Source: a virus (lineage: Duplodnaviria; Caudoviricetes). Taken from it: a DNA stretch of 42,804 nucleotides. Below are positions 25,219 through 35,412 of the stretch, one piece after another; positions within the stretch are counted from its first letter, which is position 1; every line of letters begins with the position of its first letter. The notes beneath the pieces were generated by a model. The model saw nothing but the letters and a program-made list of their open reading frames with translations, did no database searches and was not told the origin of the DNA. Position numbers and translations under genes: made by a program. The stretch spans positions 1-42,804 of IMG/VR virus record IMGVR_UViG_3300042262_000097; one strand, 5' to 3'.

Positions 25219-27365
25219 CGCTGACCGTTCCACGCGCAGGCACCTTTGCGGGTCGCGCCGCTGACATTCGCATAGCGACGCCGCAGATCGGCAACGCGAT
25301 TGCTGAATTTGGCCAGACGATCCAGACCCGCGAACTGGAAATGAAGGCCGAGCAGGATCAGACCCGCATGCGGCGCACGCAGCTCGACATGGCGAACGAT
25401 CTGGCAACTGCGCGCCAGCAGATCGAACAGACGAGCGACCCAGACCAGATTGACAGCCAATGGCCGGAACAGCTTCAGGCCATCCGCCAGAAGTATCTTG
25501 GACCGGACGAAAACGGCAATCCGCGCTGGACCCCCGATATTGCCGAACGGCTTGACCTCGATCTGACCGAAATCGCCAACCGCCATGCGCTTTCTTTGGG
25601 CAACCGTGCCATCGGCCTGCGCCAGTCGCAACAGGCGGCAAACTGGATCGGCATGCGCAGCGACATCACGTCCCGCGCCGCCGTGGCCGATCCCGATACG
25701 CTGGACGCCTATTTCGCCATCGGGGATCAGACCATTGCCGACCAGCTGGCGCGTGGCACCCTTTCCCCCGAGCAGGCAGCCCAAGAGCGGCAGGCGCTTC
25801 GGTCGGATGTGTTCACGGCGCGCGGCCGCGCCATGGTTGAAAGTGACCCTGAAGGGTTTCTGAAGGCAACGGAACCGGGCGCCGATGGTGCCGTGGGCGA
25901 CTGGTCTGCCCTGGGTGAAAATCTGGCCACCTTCCGACAGGCGGCCAAGGGCGAGATTGCCGACCGTCAGGCCCGCGCCAAAAAGGATGCGGAAGCCGCG
26001 GCCAAGACGCGGCAAACAGAGATCAGCAAGCGACTGGACGAAATGACCGGGCTGATGGAAAAGGGCTTCACCGTAGCGGATGAAGCATTTCTGAAAGACC
26101 CCGAAGTTCAGTCCAACCCCAGCTTCGCGGCCGCCAGCGCCGCGCAATCCCTGCGCGACGAAACCCCCGGCATTCGGCTTATGACAGTGCCCGAGCTGGA
26201 CCGGCAGATTGCCGCAGAAATGGCCCGACCTGTCGCGCATACCTATCAGACAGAACGATTGAAATTGCTGAAGCAATGGCGCGATGACAAGGCAAAGACC
26301 GCGAATACGGACTTTGTAACCATGGCGCGCGATGCCGGAATGAAGGTGCCGGACCTGCCCGCTTTTGACCCGACCGACCCGGCACCCTTCGTGCAGGGAC
26401 TGGCCGCACGCATGGATTACGACCAATGGGCGGTCAACGCCGGACAGACCAAAACACAGGCCATTCTCAGCGCCGATGAAAAGGCCGGACTGGTGAAGGT
26501 CATGGACCCGAAAGCGGATGTGGCGCCAAAGATGGCGCTCATGCGCAGCATGCTGGCTGCTGGTCAGGGGCGACTGGGCAAGCTCGCCAGCGTGACCGAA
26601 GCTGACCCGGTATTCAGCCGCGCCGCCCGTCTGCTGGCCGACACCGGCGATGCGGCACTTGCGGAACAGATGTTGCGCGGTCAGCAGAAAGCGGCGCTTG
26701 GGACCGTGAACCTGCCGACCGAGCGGCAGATGAACACGGTTCTTGACGAAATCACCGGCGGCACTTTCGACGGCAACCCCGGCCTGAAGGCCGAGCTGCT
26801 GGCGTCCAGCCGTGCTCTTTATGCTGATGCGGCAGCCGGGATCAACCCGGATGGCGCCAGCAGCCTTATGCCCTTCATGGATGATGAAGACGCGCAGAAC
26901 CTGTTTTCGACATCAGTGCAACGCGCCTTGGGCGCCCGTGCCGACCGATCGGGCCAGTTGTCGATCGGCGGTTTGCAACCCGTCAATGACAAGCCCGTCT
27001 GGCTGCCCCCCGGCATCGGCGCCGATGATGTGGAAACCACCTTTGACAGCGTGGAAGACCAGCTGCGCGGCAAGGTCCGTATGCAGGTGCAGGGCGAAGC
27101 TGTCTATGGCTGGGACGCCGCGCAGCCCGACCCCGACCGCCTGAGGGCCTTGCGCGCCGCCAGCGTGACCGGGCTTGCCCCCGATCTGGGCAGCGATCCC
27201 GCCACCCGGTTCCGCAACATCGCCCTGCGCCGCGTCGGCCAGAGCGATCTTTACGAACTGACCTATACCCATAACGGCCGGACTTACACCGTGCCGCAGG
27301 CCGATGCGACCCGCACCGCCTATCGCTTCCGCCTTTCCGATCTGATGCGCGAGGCTGCGAAATGA
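25215..27365 (+). CDS. Internal virion (ejection) protein
   Basis: 716-aa helical protein, ATGA-coupled within the ejection module. Confidence 0.7.
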   Translation: MTLTVPRAGTFAGRAADIRIATPQIGNAIAEFGQTIQTRELEMKAEQDQTRMRRTQLDMANDLATARQQIEQTSDPDQIDSQWPEQLQAIRQKYLGPDENGNPRWTPDIAERLDLDLTEIANRHALSLGNRAIGLRQSQQAANWIGMRSDITSRAAVADPDTLDAYFAIGDQTIADQLARGTLSPEQAAQERQALRSDVFTARGRAMVESDPEGFLKATEPGADGAVGDWSALGENLATFRQAAKGEIADRQARAKKDAEAAAKTRQTEISKRLDEMTGLMEKGFTVADEAFLKDPEVQSNPSFAAASAAQSLRDETPGIRLMTVPELDRQIAAEMARPVAHTYQTERLKLLKQWRDDKAKTANTDFVTMARDAGMKVPDLPAFDPTDPAPFVQGLAARMDYDQWAVNAGQTKTQAILSADEKAGLVKVMDPKADVAPKMALMRSMLAAGQGRLGKLASVTEADPVFSRAARLLADTGDAALAEQMLRGQQKAALGTVNLPTERQMNTVLDEITGGTFDGNPGLKAELLASSRALYADAAAGINPDGASSLMPFMDDEDAQNLFSTSVQRALGARADRSGQLSIGGLQPVNDKPVWLPPGIGADDVETTFDSVEDQLRGKVRMQVQGEAVYGWDAAQPDPDRLRALRAASVTGLAPDLGSDPATRFRNIALRRVGQSDLYELTYTHNGRTYTVPQADATRTAYRFRLSDLMREAAK

Positions 27366-30268
27366 TGGACTTCCCGCAGAAGGACGCAGACCTTGGGGGT
27401 ATCGCGCCGCCGTCTGACATCACGCCCCAACCAGACCCGGACCTGCCGCCGCCCGAAACCGGCCTTGACGCCCCCCCCGATATGGATGCGGGCTTTTCCG
27501 ATGTTGTGTCGGCAGGCTGGACGGCCGAGACGATCCGCACCGACGCATGGGACTACACCGCCACAAAGCGCCGCGCCCTTGCTGACCAGATGTTTGACAG
27601 CCTGCCCGCCGACCGCAAATCCCGCGTCTGGCAAAAATTCGCAGACAATTCGACCGGCTGGACCACCTTTGAAGAACTGGTCGTGAACGAGGCCGCCGAG
27701 CTTGCCAAATCGCCAGAGGCCGCCGCCGACTGGGCAGGTTTCCCCCTGTCGAAACAGGCCATGGAACAGCGCATCCTTGAAGAACGGCGGCGCGAGCTGG
27801 ACGCGGCACAGCGCATTCTGGATCAGGACGGCGGCGGTTTCGCCGAATTTATCGGATCGTCCGCCCGTGCCATGACGGATCAGGCCAGCCTGTTGATGTT
27901 GCCGCTGGGTGGTGGATCGGGAAGCGCCGTGCGCATCATCGCCAGCGAAGCCGCCCTGGGCGCCCTTGGTGAAGCGGCCGTTCTGCCGCGCGAGTTTCAG
28001 GTGGCGCAGGAACTGGACCTGCCCGACCCGGACCCCATGGCGCGCATCCTGACCGGCGCCGCCCTCGGGGGTGGCCTGTCGGCGGCGGTGCTGGGCATCG
28101 CCAAAGGCGTATCGCATTGGCGCGCCCGCCGTGCCGGGGTGGATGCGGCCCGCCCCGCCGAGGTCGATCCGCTGGATTTCGAGGCCCGTGTTGACGATGC
28201 GGAGGACGAGCTGACTGGCACCGCCACGGTGCAGCAGCGGATCGGCGGCAAAATTCCGCCGGATGCAGGCACCCTGCCGGCCATTCTGGACGCCTCACCC
28301 GCTGGCACCTTGCCACGGATCAGCGCCGACGCGCCCGCTGGCTGGGCGGAGATCCGCAACGGCATTTTTGCCGGGGAGAGCGGTGGCGACTACAACGCTC
28401 TTTTCGGCTTCCAGAACCGCCGTGGCGGCGCATTCAGCCGCGTGCGGCTGACGGAAATGACCGTCGATCAGGCATTGGCCTTTGCCGCTCCGAACGGGCA
28501 ATACGCCCAATGGGTGAAAAGCAAGATCGGCCGCATCGCCACACCCATGGGCGCATATCAGATCGTCGGAAAGACACTGCGCGCCGCAAAGCACGGGCTT
28601 GGCCTGCGCGGTGACGAGCTGATGACAGCGGACCTTCAGGAGCGGCTGGCGCACTGGATTTACCGCCAGCAGGGCACCGGCGCTTGGGAAGGTTACAAAG
28701 GGCCGCGCAAGAGCTTTGTGCCTGTCGGCGCCGAAGCGGACGCGCCGCGCCTTGGCCCCACATCGCGCGGCTACACCGGCACCAACCAGATGCGCGTCAG
28801 CGACAACATGCGCATTGATGTGTCCTATGAGGTCGTAGACGCCTCGACCCTGCGGCGCGCCAGCGGCGACCTTCAGCCGCGTGACCGTACCGGGATCAAC
28901 AGCGACATCTGGATTGCAGAACAGGCGGCGCGGCTCGATCCGGCGCAACTGGGCCGCAGCCCCAATGCCTCGACCGGCGCACCGATTGTAGGGCCGGATA
29001 ACATGATCGAAAGCGGCAACGGCCGTTTCGGCATCATCGCCCGTGCCTATGAGCGGCACCCTGACCGTGCCGCCGCCTATCGCAACTTCATCGAGGCCGA
29101 GGGCTATACCATCCCCGAAGGCGTGAAACAGCCGGTGCTGATCGCCCGCCGCACCTCCGAACTGGATCACGCGGGCCGCGTCCGGCTGGTGAACGATGCG
29201 CAGGACAGCGGCGTTGCCGTGCTGCGCCCGGTCGAAATGGCGCAGGCCAATGCCCGCAACCTGTCCGACCGGCGCATGGCGCTGTTCCGGGGCGATCTGG
29301 ATATTGCCGCGCCCGAGAACCGCGACTTCGTGCGCGGCTGGCTGGAAAGCCTGTCCGCCGCCACCCGCAGCGCCGTCACCGACGGCGACAATGCGCTCAA
29401 CAGCTATGGCCGTCGCATGGTCCGCGAGGCTGTTTTCGCCCGCGCCTGGCCGAATGCCGATCTGATCGAGATGATGACCGAGGGCGCGGCGGGCGAGATG
29501 AAATCGCTGATGGACGCGCTGGTGCGCGCCGCGCCCGACTGGGCCATGTTGCGCGCCGACATCGCGGCGGGCCATGTCGCACCGGAATTTGACCTGACCG
29601 GCAATGTGCTGGACGCGATGCAGCTGATCGTGGCGGCCCGTCAGACCGCCCGGCGCGAAGGCCAGACCATCGCGGCCGCCATGGCCGACCTGCTGGACAG
29701 CCCCGACCTTCTGGACGGCGCCATAAGCCCCGTCACCCGCGCCCTTCTGGGTAAATTCTGGCGCAAGGGACGCACCGCCCCCGAGGATGAAATCGCGGGC
29801 TTCCTGTCGCGCTATGCCGCCGAGGCTCGGCGGGCCTCTGATGCGGCAGGCGGGTTTCTGGATGCCCCCAGCCCGGTGGACGTGTTGCGCGCGCTGGACC
29901 GTAGTGCGTTTGGCGATCTGCCCGACGATGTGGCTGCCGCCCTTGGACAGCCTGCCCCCGCGCGTGACCCGGAACCCCTGCCGGATGCGGGCTTTGATCA
30001 GGGCGCAGACAGCCCGGAGGCCGTCGCCATTGATAATGGGGTCCGCGACGACATGGCGCGCGCGTTGGCGCAGAAACCGGCCCAGACACCGACGCCAGCG
30101 CGCGACGATGCTTTGGCCCAGCTGCGGGCCGAGTTCGATGGCTTGACCCTCGATCTGGGCGAAACCCAGCTCAGCGCCCGCGATCTGCTGGACGAGCTGG
30201 ACGCTGACGACGCGGCCGAGGCCGTCATTCAGGCGTGCGGCATCATCCCGAAAGGAACAGCACAATGA
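27362..30268 (+). CDS. Internal virion protein with muramidase and DdrB-like ParB domains
   Basis: TM-like segments; GESGGDYN...TPMGAYQIV..TL...LQE (lysozyme-like, ~28340-28700); YEVVDA...LQPRDR...LDP..L...GAPIV...IESGNGR (DdrB-ParB-like, from ~28826). Confidence 0.75.
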   Translation: MMDFPQKDADLGGIAPPSDITPQPDPDLPPPETGLDAPPDMDAGFSDVVSAGWTAETIRTDAWDYTATKRRALADQMFDSLPADRKSRVWQKFADNSTGWTTFEELVVNEAAELAKSPEAAADWAGFPLSKQAMEQRILEERRRELDAAQRILDQDGGGFAEFIGSSARAMTDQASLLMLPLGGGSGSAVRIIASEAALGALGEAAVLPREFQVAQELDLPDPDPMARILTGAALGGGLSAAVLGIAKGVSHWRARRAGVDAARPAEVDPLDFEARVDDAEDELTGTATVQQRIGGKIPPDAGTLPAILDASPAGTLPRISADAPAGWAEIRNGIFAGESGGDYNALFGFQNRRGGAFSRVRLTEMTVDQALAFAAPNGQYAQWVKSKIGRIATPMGAYQIVGKTLRAAKHGLGLRGDELMTADLQERLAHWIYRQQGTGAWEGYKGPRKSFVPVGAEADAPRLGPTSRGYTGTNQMRVSDNMRIDVSYEVVDASTLRRASGDLQPRDRTGINSDIWIAEQAARLDPAQLGRSPNASTGAPIVGPDNMIESGNGRFGIIARAYERHPDRAAAYRNFIEAEGYTIPEGVKQPVLIARRTSELDHAGRVRLVNDAQDSGVAVLRPVEMAQANARNLSDRRMALFRGDLDIAAPENRDFVRGWLESLSAATRSAVTDGDNALNSYGRRMVREAVFARAWPNADLIEMMTEGAAGEMKSLMDALVRAAPDWAMLRADIAAGHVAPEFDLTGNVLDAMQLIVAARQTARREGQTIAAAMADLLDSPDLLDGAISPVTRALLGKFWRKGRTAPEDEIAGFLSRYAAEARRASDAAGGFLDAPSPVDVLRALDRSAFGDLPDDVAAALGQPAPARDPEPLPDAGFDQGADSPEAVAIDNGVRDDMARALAQKPAQTPTPARDDALAQLRAEFDGLTLDLGETQLSARDLLDELDADDAAEAVIQACGIIPKGTAQ

Positions 30269-32751
30269 CAAATATGGCGGATTGCATCGCCCGCGCCATG
30301 GACTTTGGCGAGATCGACCGCGCGCGCGGACAGGCGGCGCTGGACCAATACACCCAGCTTGTCGCGCGCTATGAAACGATCATGGGGCCGGACGCCGCCG
30401 CACAGCGCGCGGCCGAGGATATGAAGAAGGCGACCAAGGCCGCAAAAACCCAGCGTGCCCACAAGGTCGTGAACCAGCTTCAGGCCATGCGACGCCTGAA
30501 AAACCTTGTCGAAACCGCACCCGATCCGGCCTTGGCCCTGCGCAACCTGCTGGAATATTCCGAAGGCTCCGGTTTCCGGGGCGAAAGTGTGCGATCCATT
30601 CAGGAAGCCTATGAGGTCAGTATCGCAGCCGGGCTTTCGGAAATGCTGGAAAAGGTCGGGCTGAATGTCATCGGTTCAAGCCGCGATGCCGAGCTGCTGG
30701 AAAAGATCGTGCTGGAAGCCCATGGCACCGCCACCGGCGACGCCAGCGCCAAGGGCTTCGCCACCGCCTTGCAGCGCACGCAGCAGCGCATGCGGCGCCT
30801 GTTCAATGCCCATGGTGGCAACATCGGCGAGCTGGCCGATTACGGCCTGCCCCACAGCCATGATGCGGCGACGATCCGGCAGGCCGGTTTCGATGCCTGG
30901 GCCGCACGCGTCCACGAGCTGGCCGCATGGGACCGCATCACCGATTTCACAACCGGCCAGCCCTTTGCCAGCGCCCCCGGCAGCAAGCCGCCCCGTGCCG
31001 AGGTTGATGCCTTCCTGCGCGATGTTTACGATGGCATCACCACCGGCGGCTGGGATCGGCGCGAACCTTCCATGTCGGTGGGCGGCAAGGCACTTTACAA
31101 CCAGCGGGCCGAACACCGCGTCCTGCATTTCCGCGACGGGCAGGCATGGCTGGATTACAACCGCGACTTCGGTGCCTCCGATCCGTTTTCGGCCATGATG
31201 AACGGGCTGCATGGGATGGCGCGCGATGTGGCCCTGATGCGCGTTCTGGGGCCGTCCCCGAAGCTGGGGCTGGAATTTGCCGCGCAGGTTGCGCAGAAGC
31301 GCGCCGCCGATCTGCGGAACCCCAAGCTGGCCGACCGCGTATCCGCGTCGGCCAAGCTGGCCCGCGTGATGCTGTCCCATGTAGATGGTGCCGCCAATGT
31401 GCCGCATAGCATCGACATGGCCCGTTTCTTCAGTGGCACCCGTGCCGTGCTGGCCTCAGCCCAGCTGGGCAGCGCCGTGCTGTCATCTGTGACGGATGTT
31501 GCCACGATCACTTCAGCAGCGCAGCACATGGGCATGAATGCGCGCAATGTGCTGGGGCGGTCGGTCGAGCTGATGAAAAGTCAGGCCACCCGGCAGACCG
31601 CCGCACGCATGGGCTATGTCGCGGGATCGCTGGCCGATGCGGGCAGCGGATCGGCCCGCTATTTCGGGCGCATGTTCGGCAATGGTTTACCCGAGCGGCT
31701 GGCCGGGTTCACCCTGCGCGCAACCGGACTGAACTTTGTCACCGACATGCGCAAGGTCGCCTTTCAGATGGAGTTTGCGGGCTTCCTGGCCGAACATGCC
31801 GACGCGGGCTTTGCCGCCCTGCCGGACCCGTTGCGCCGCGCGATGGAGGCGCGCGGCATCACCCCGGCCGACTGGGATCTGCTGCGCGCCGCTGACGCCC
31901 GGTTCCGCGCCCCCAATGGAGCCGATTTCATCAGCCCTGTCTGGTGGCTGGAACATCAGACCGCCCTGCCCCGCGTCGAGGCCGAGGGGCTGGCAATGCG
32001 CATGCAGGCATTGGTGCAGGAACAGTTGGAATATGCCATCCCGACCGCCAGCCTTGAGGGCCGTGCCCGTCTTCAGGGTGATGCGCCGCCCGGCACAGTT
32101 TCCGGTGAGCTGCTGCGGTCTGCCATGACCTACAAGAGCTTTGCCCTGTCTCTCACTTTGGGCCAGTATCGCCGCTTCGCGGCAATCGAAGGCCGGTGGA
32201 ACAAGGCCAAATATGCCGCCAAGGCCAGCGCCATGCTTCTGGTTCTGGGCGCCGTCGCGGTTCAGCTGAAGGAGCTGGCGAAGGGAAACGATCCCCGCCC
32301 CATGACGGAAGGCAAGTTCTGGTGGGCTGCGTTGTTTCAGGGTGGCGGGCTGGGCATCTTCGGCGATTTTTTCGCTGCCGAACAGAACCGCATGGGTGGC
32401 GGACTTGGACAGACTGTCGCCGGGCCTGTCATCGGTTTTCTGGGTGACATGGCGCAACCCTTCGCCAGTAACCTGAACTCCATAATTCAGGGCAATGACA
32501 CTCATCTGGGGCGCGATGTGTCGGCGTTTGCACAGCGCAACACGCCTTTCCTGTCGTCATCGTGGTATGCCCGCACGGCCTATAGCCGCCTGGTGATGGA
32601 CGAGGTTTCGCGCTTCCTCGATCCCGAGGCGGATCGGCTCTGGCAGCGGCGCCTCAAGAAGCAACTGAAGGATTATGGCACAAGCCCATGGTGGGCACCC
32701 GGCGAAAAGCTGCCTGCGCGCGCCCCCGATTTAGGTAATGCACTGCGCTAA
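30265..32751 (+). CDS. Large internal virion protein (gp16-like position)
   Basis: YGLPHSHD, RVLHFRD, YKSF, QGGGLGIFGDF motifs typical of podovirus ejection proteins. Confidence 0.75.
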   Translation: MTNMADCIARAMDFGEIDRARGQAALDQYTQLVARYETIMGPDAAAQRAAEDMKKATKAAKTQRAHKVVNQLQAMRRLKNLVETAPDPALALRNLLEYSEGSGFRGESVRSIQEAYEVSIAAGLSEMLEKVGLNVIGSSRDAELLEKIVLEAHGTATGDASAKGFATALQRTQQRMRRLFNAHGGNIGELADYGLPHSHDAATIRQAGFDAWAARVHELAAWDRITDFTTGQPFASAPGSKPPRAEVDAFLRDVYDGITTGGWDRREPSMSVGGKALYNQRAEHRVLHFRDGQAWLDYNRDFGASDPFSAMMNGLHGMARDVALMRVLGPSPKLGLEFAAQVAQKRAADLRNPKLADRVSASAKLARVMLSHVDGAANVPHSIDMARFFSGTRAVLASAQLGSAVLSSVTDVATITSAAQHMGMNARNVLGRSVELMKSQATRQTAARMGYVAGSLADAGSGSARYFGRMFGNGLPERLAGFTLRATGLNFVTDMRKVAFQMEFAGFLAEHADAGFAALPDPLRRAMEARGITPADWDLLRAADARFRAPNGADFISPVWWLEHQTALPRVEAEGLAMRMQALVQEQLEYAIPTASLEGRARLQGDAPPGTVSGELLRSAMTYKSFALSLTLGQYRRFAAIEGRWNKAKYAAKASAMLLVLGAVAVQLKELAKGNDPRPMTEGKFWWAALFQGGGLGIFGDFFAAEQNRMGGGLGQTVAGPVIGFLGDMAQPFASNLNSIIQGNDTHLGRDVSAFAQRNTPFLSSSWYARTAYSRLVMDEVSRFLDPEADRLWQRRLKKQLKDYGTSPWWAPGEKLPARAPDLGNALR

Positions 32752-32836
32752 ACCGCATGATATGGTGACCGGAACGCGGCCCGCCTAGCCGCGTAAAGTC
32801 AACCGTTTGCCAGAACTGCCCTTGCAGAGGCTGAGC

Positions 32837-35332
32837 ATGACGGTTGAGCTTTATTCCCCGCCGCAACTGATTACGGTGTCCGCAACCGGGCCGCATTCGG
32901 TCCCCTTCGCCTATGCCGAAGGGGCCGTGATTGTCTATGTTGTGGAGGCCGATGGCGCAGAAAACCTGCTGGACCCGTCAGCCTACAGCGTTGAGCCTGC
33001 ATCGTCTCAGACGCGGGGCAATCTGTATCTCAACACGCTGGCGCCCTATCTGGGCAAGCGCCTGCGCATCCTGCGCGATACCGACCTTGAACAGGGCTGG
33101 GTCGGGCTGGGCGGTGAGCGTGAACGCGGACTTGAAACCCAGTTGGACCGCACCGTCATGGCGGTGCAGGAGCTGGACCGGGCCTATCGCAGCACCCTGC
33201 GCATTCCCAACACCGATCAGCCGCCGCTTTCCCCGGCACCCGGCAAGGTGCTCATGTGGGATAATGAAAGGCGTATCGTCCCCGGCCCGAATGCCGAGGA
33301 CATTGCCCAGGCGCAGCACTATGGCGAGATCGCAGCCGATGCGGCAGAACGTGCCGAGCTGGCAGCGGGCGCCCTCGGTTCCGCCGCCTATGGCGATGGT
33401 GTGCCTTTCTTCGTATCGGCCGCACCCATGACGATCCCCCTTCTGGGGAACTACATCGTTGACAGCGTTTTCATCTCGGGCCTTGTGCAGCAGCGTGGCG
33501 TTTCGTGGTCTCAGACAGGCAACGTTCTGACGATCACTGAGCCGGGCGCCGTCGGCATGTACGGCTGGTATCGCTACCGCATTGTTGCTGGTGAGTTTGC
33601 CGGGCAGTCCAACACCTTCAATGGTCGCATCGCGGCTGTGCCCGCAGCAAATGGCGCTGCTTGGCCTGTCGGTTCTGTCATCAGCGATGGCACGGTTGAA
33701 TATCGGTATACCGGGGCACCTGTTGTAGACATCGCAGATATGCCGGGATGGGTGCCGCATGGCGACGCACGCCCCGAGCATCACACTGCGAACGTGCTAC
33801 CCGGAATAACCGATATGACGGAGGCCTTGCAGTGGGTTTGGGATAAATATGGCAGCGGGCCGCTGCGGCGCGTGACGTATCTGATTACCGACACCCTGAT
33901 TATAGACCCACAGCGAAATCGTAATTGCGGCTTCTGGGGTGATGCCTTGCCCAGCCGATACCCGGAAACGCAACAACCGGGTGGCCCAGCGGAGTGGGAC
34001 GAGTGCCGCATCCTGTGGGGCGGGTCGGCAGGGGCGAACGTGGCTATGATCGCCGCATCGCCCGAGGCTATTGGGGTCGAACCTGCAAACGGGTTTGCAG
34101 ATACAATCTGGGGCGTGCGCCTGCATAATCTTACACTGGACGGGAACAACGCCGCCGGGTTTGGTTTTTATGGGGCCAGAGTGCAGCAGGTTGATTTTGT
34201 ATCGCTCAACATCACCAGAACAGTAACTTCCGGGTGGTCGCTGAATGGCACATATTCTGGCCGCACCATGAATTGCAAACTCTACCGCAACCTTGGGCGT
34301 GGAGGTGAAGAGGGATATGCGGATACCCGCTGGGGATGGACCAGTCAGGATAAAGTCAACGCGCTGATCCATTTCAATCTGCACGCAGAAGCGAACGGCG
34401 GCAACGAGGAGTTTCGCGAAAGTGACCCTGTGCTCAGGACAATGTCTTGCGGTTACTATTGGGGGCCGCACCGGGCTGGATTGATTTCCGGTATCACCGC
34501 CGAAAACAACTATGGGGCAAATCTGGTAATCTCCCCCAGCGGCGGCGGAAATTGGGTTCATGGTCTGTATACCGAAAAAGGGTGTTCGCTTCTGGGTATC
34601 TCTGGGGCTGATGCTGTTGCGAATGGGCACGGAACGCGCCGAATTGGCGTCATGTTCGTCGGCACGGCAGCGGCGATCAACTGCGGGATCAATGGCGGTG
34701 GGATATTGGTCAAGGACAGTATCGTCCTGACCGGAACAGAGCCGACATCTACGCGCCGGGAAAGCGGATTTGAAATATCGAACCTTGTAGGCAATGCGTC
34801 ATGTGCGGTCTACGCAGGTTGGGCAAACTACCGCATCATTAACTGCGCATCAGAATTCGTGCCAGTCGGGTCGCAACCCTTGGCCGCTTTCACTGCGCGG
34901 GGCGGCATCCAGTTCGAACCCGGTGGTGATGCGCTTGCGCACTATGACGAAGGCACTTTCACCCCGTCAATCGCAGGCGCGACGGTCGCTGGCACGCATA
35001 CATATTCCGTCAGGAGCGGCAGATATACGCGCATCGGGAACAGGGTGTTCTTTGATGTCTACATCGTCCTGTCGGCGACTGATGGCATGGCGTCCGGCGC
35101 GGTGCGCGTTACTGGTCTGCCGTTCATTGCCAATGCAACTGGCAACACGTTCTCAGCCGTGACCATCCCATACTGGCTTGGCCTGACGAGCGAGATTTCT
35201 GGCGGCGATATCCAGTATGGCACCGACTACATTTCAATTTATCGCGCCACGAGTGGTAGTGCCTCCACTCTGAACGGAACCGAAATCACGGCGACCACGC
35301 GACTGAGGATTACTGGGAGCTATCAACTATGA
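32837..35332 (+). CDS. Tail fibre/tailspike 1 (virion anchor + beta-helix)
   Basis: T7 gp17-like N-terminus (LRILRDT...LETQLDRTVMAVQE), AT-richer beta-helix-like body, C-terminal YDEGTFTP...GRYTRIGNRV domain. Confidence 0.85.
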   Translation: MTVELYSPPQLITVSATGPHSVPFAYAEGAVIVYVVEADGAENLLDPSAYSVEPASSQTRGNLYLNTLAPYLGKRLRILRDTDLEQGWVGLGGERERGLETQLDRTVMAVQELDRAYRSTLRIPNTDQPPLSPAPGKVLMWDNERRIVPGPNAEDIAQAQHYGEIAADAAERAELAAGALGSAAYGDGVPFFVSAAPMTIPLLGNYIVDSVFISGLVQQRGVSWSQTGNVLTITEPGAVGMYGWYRYRIVAGEFAGQSNTFNGRIAAVPAANGAAWPVGSVISDGTVEYRYTGAPVVDIADMPGWVPHGDARPEHHTANVLPGITDMTEALQWVWDKYGSGPLRRVTYLITDTLIIDPQRNRNCGFWGDALPSRYPETQQPGGPAEWDECRILWGGSAGANVAMIAASPEAIGVEPANGFADTIWGVRLHNLTLDGNNAAGFGFYGARVQQVDFVSLNITRTVTSGWSLNGTYSGRTMNCKLYRNLGRGGEEGYADTRWGWTSQDKVNALIHFNLHAEANGGNEEFRESDPVLRTMSCGYYWGPHRAGLISGITAENNYGANLVISPSGGGNWVHGLYTEKGCSLLGISGADAVANGHGTRRIGVMFVGTAAAINCGINGGGILVKDSIVLTGTEPTSTRRESGFEISNLVGNASCAVYAGWANYRIINCASEFVPVGSQPLAAFTARGGIQFEPGGDALAHYDEGTFTPSIAGATVAGTHTYSVRSGRYTRIGNRVFFDVYIVLSATDGMASGAVRVTGLPFIANATGNTFSAVTIPYWLGLTSEISGGDIQYGTDYISIYRATSGSASTLNGTEITATTRLRITGSYQL

Positions 35333-35412
35333 TCCTCGACATCATCCCCCGCCGCCTCTGGCGCCGTCTCGCCGCTCACCTTCTTTCCCACTCTGAACGG
35401 ATCGACCCATGA
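35329..35412 (+). CDS. 27-aa bridging mini-ORF
   Basis: MILDIIPRRLWRRLAAHLLSHSERIDP*; ATGA overlap with both tailspike genes. Confidence 0.45.
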   Translation: MILDIIPRRLWRRLAAHLLSHSERIDP

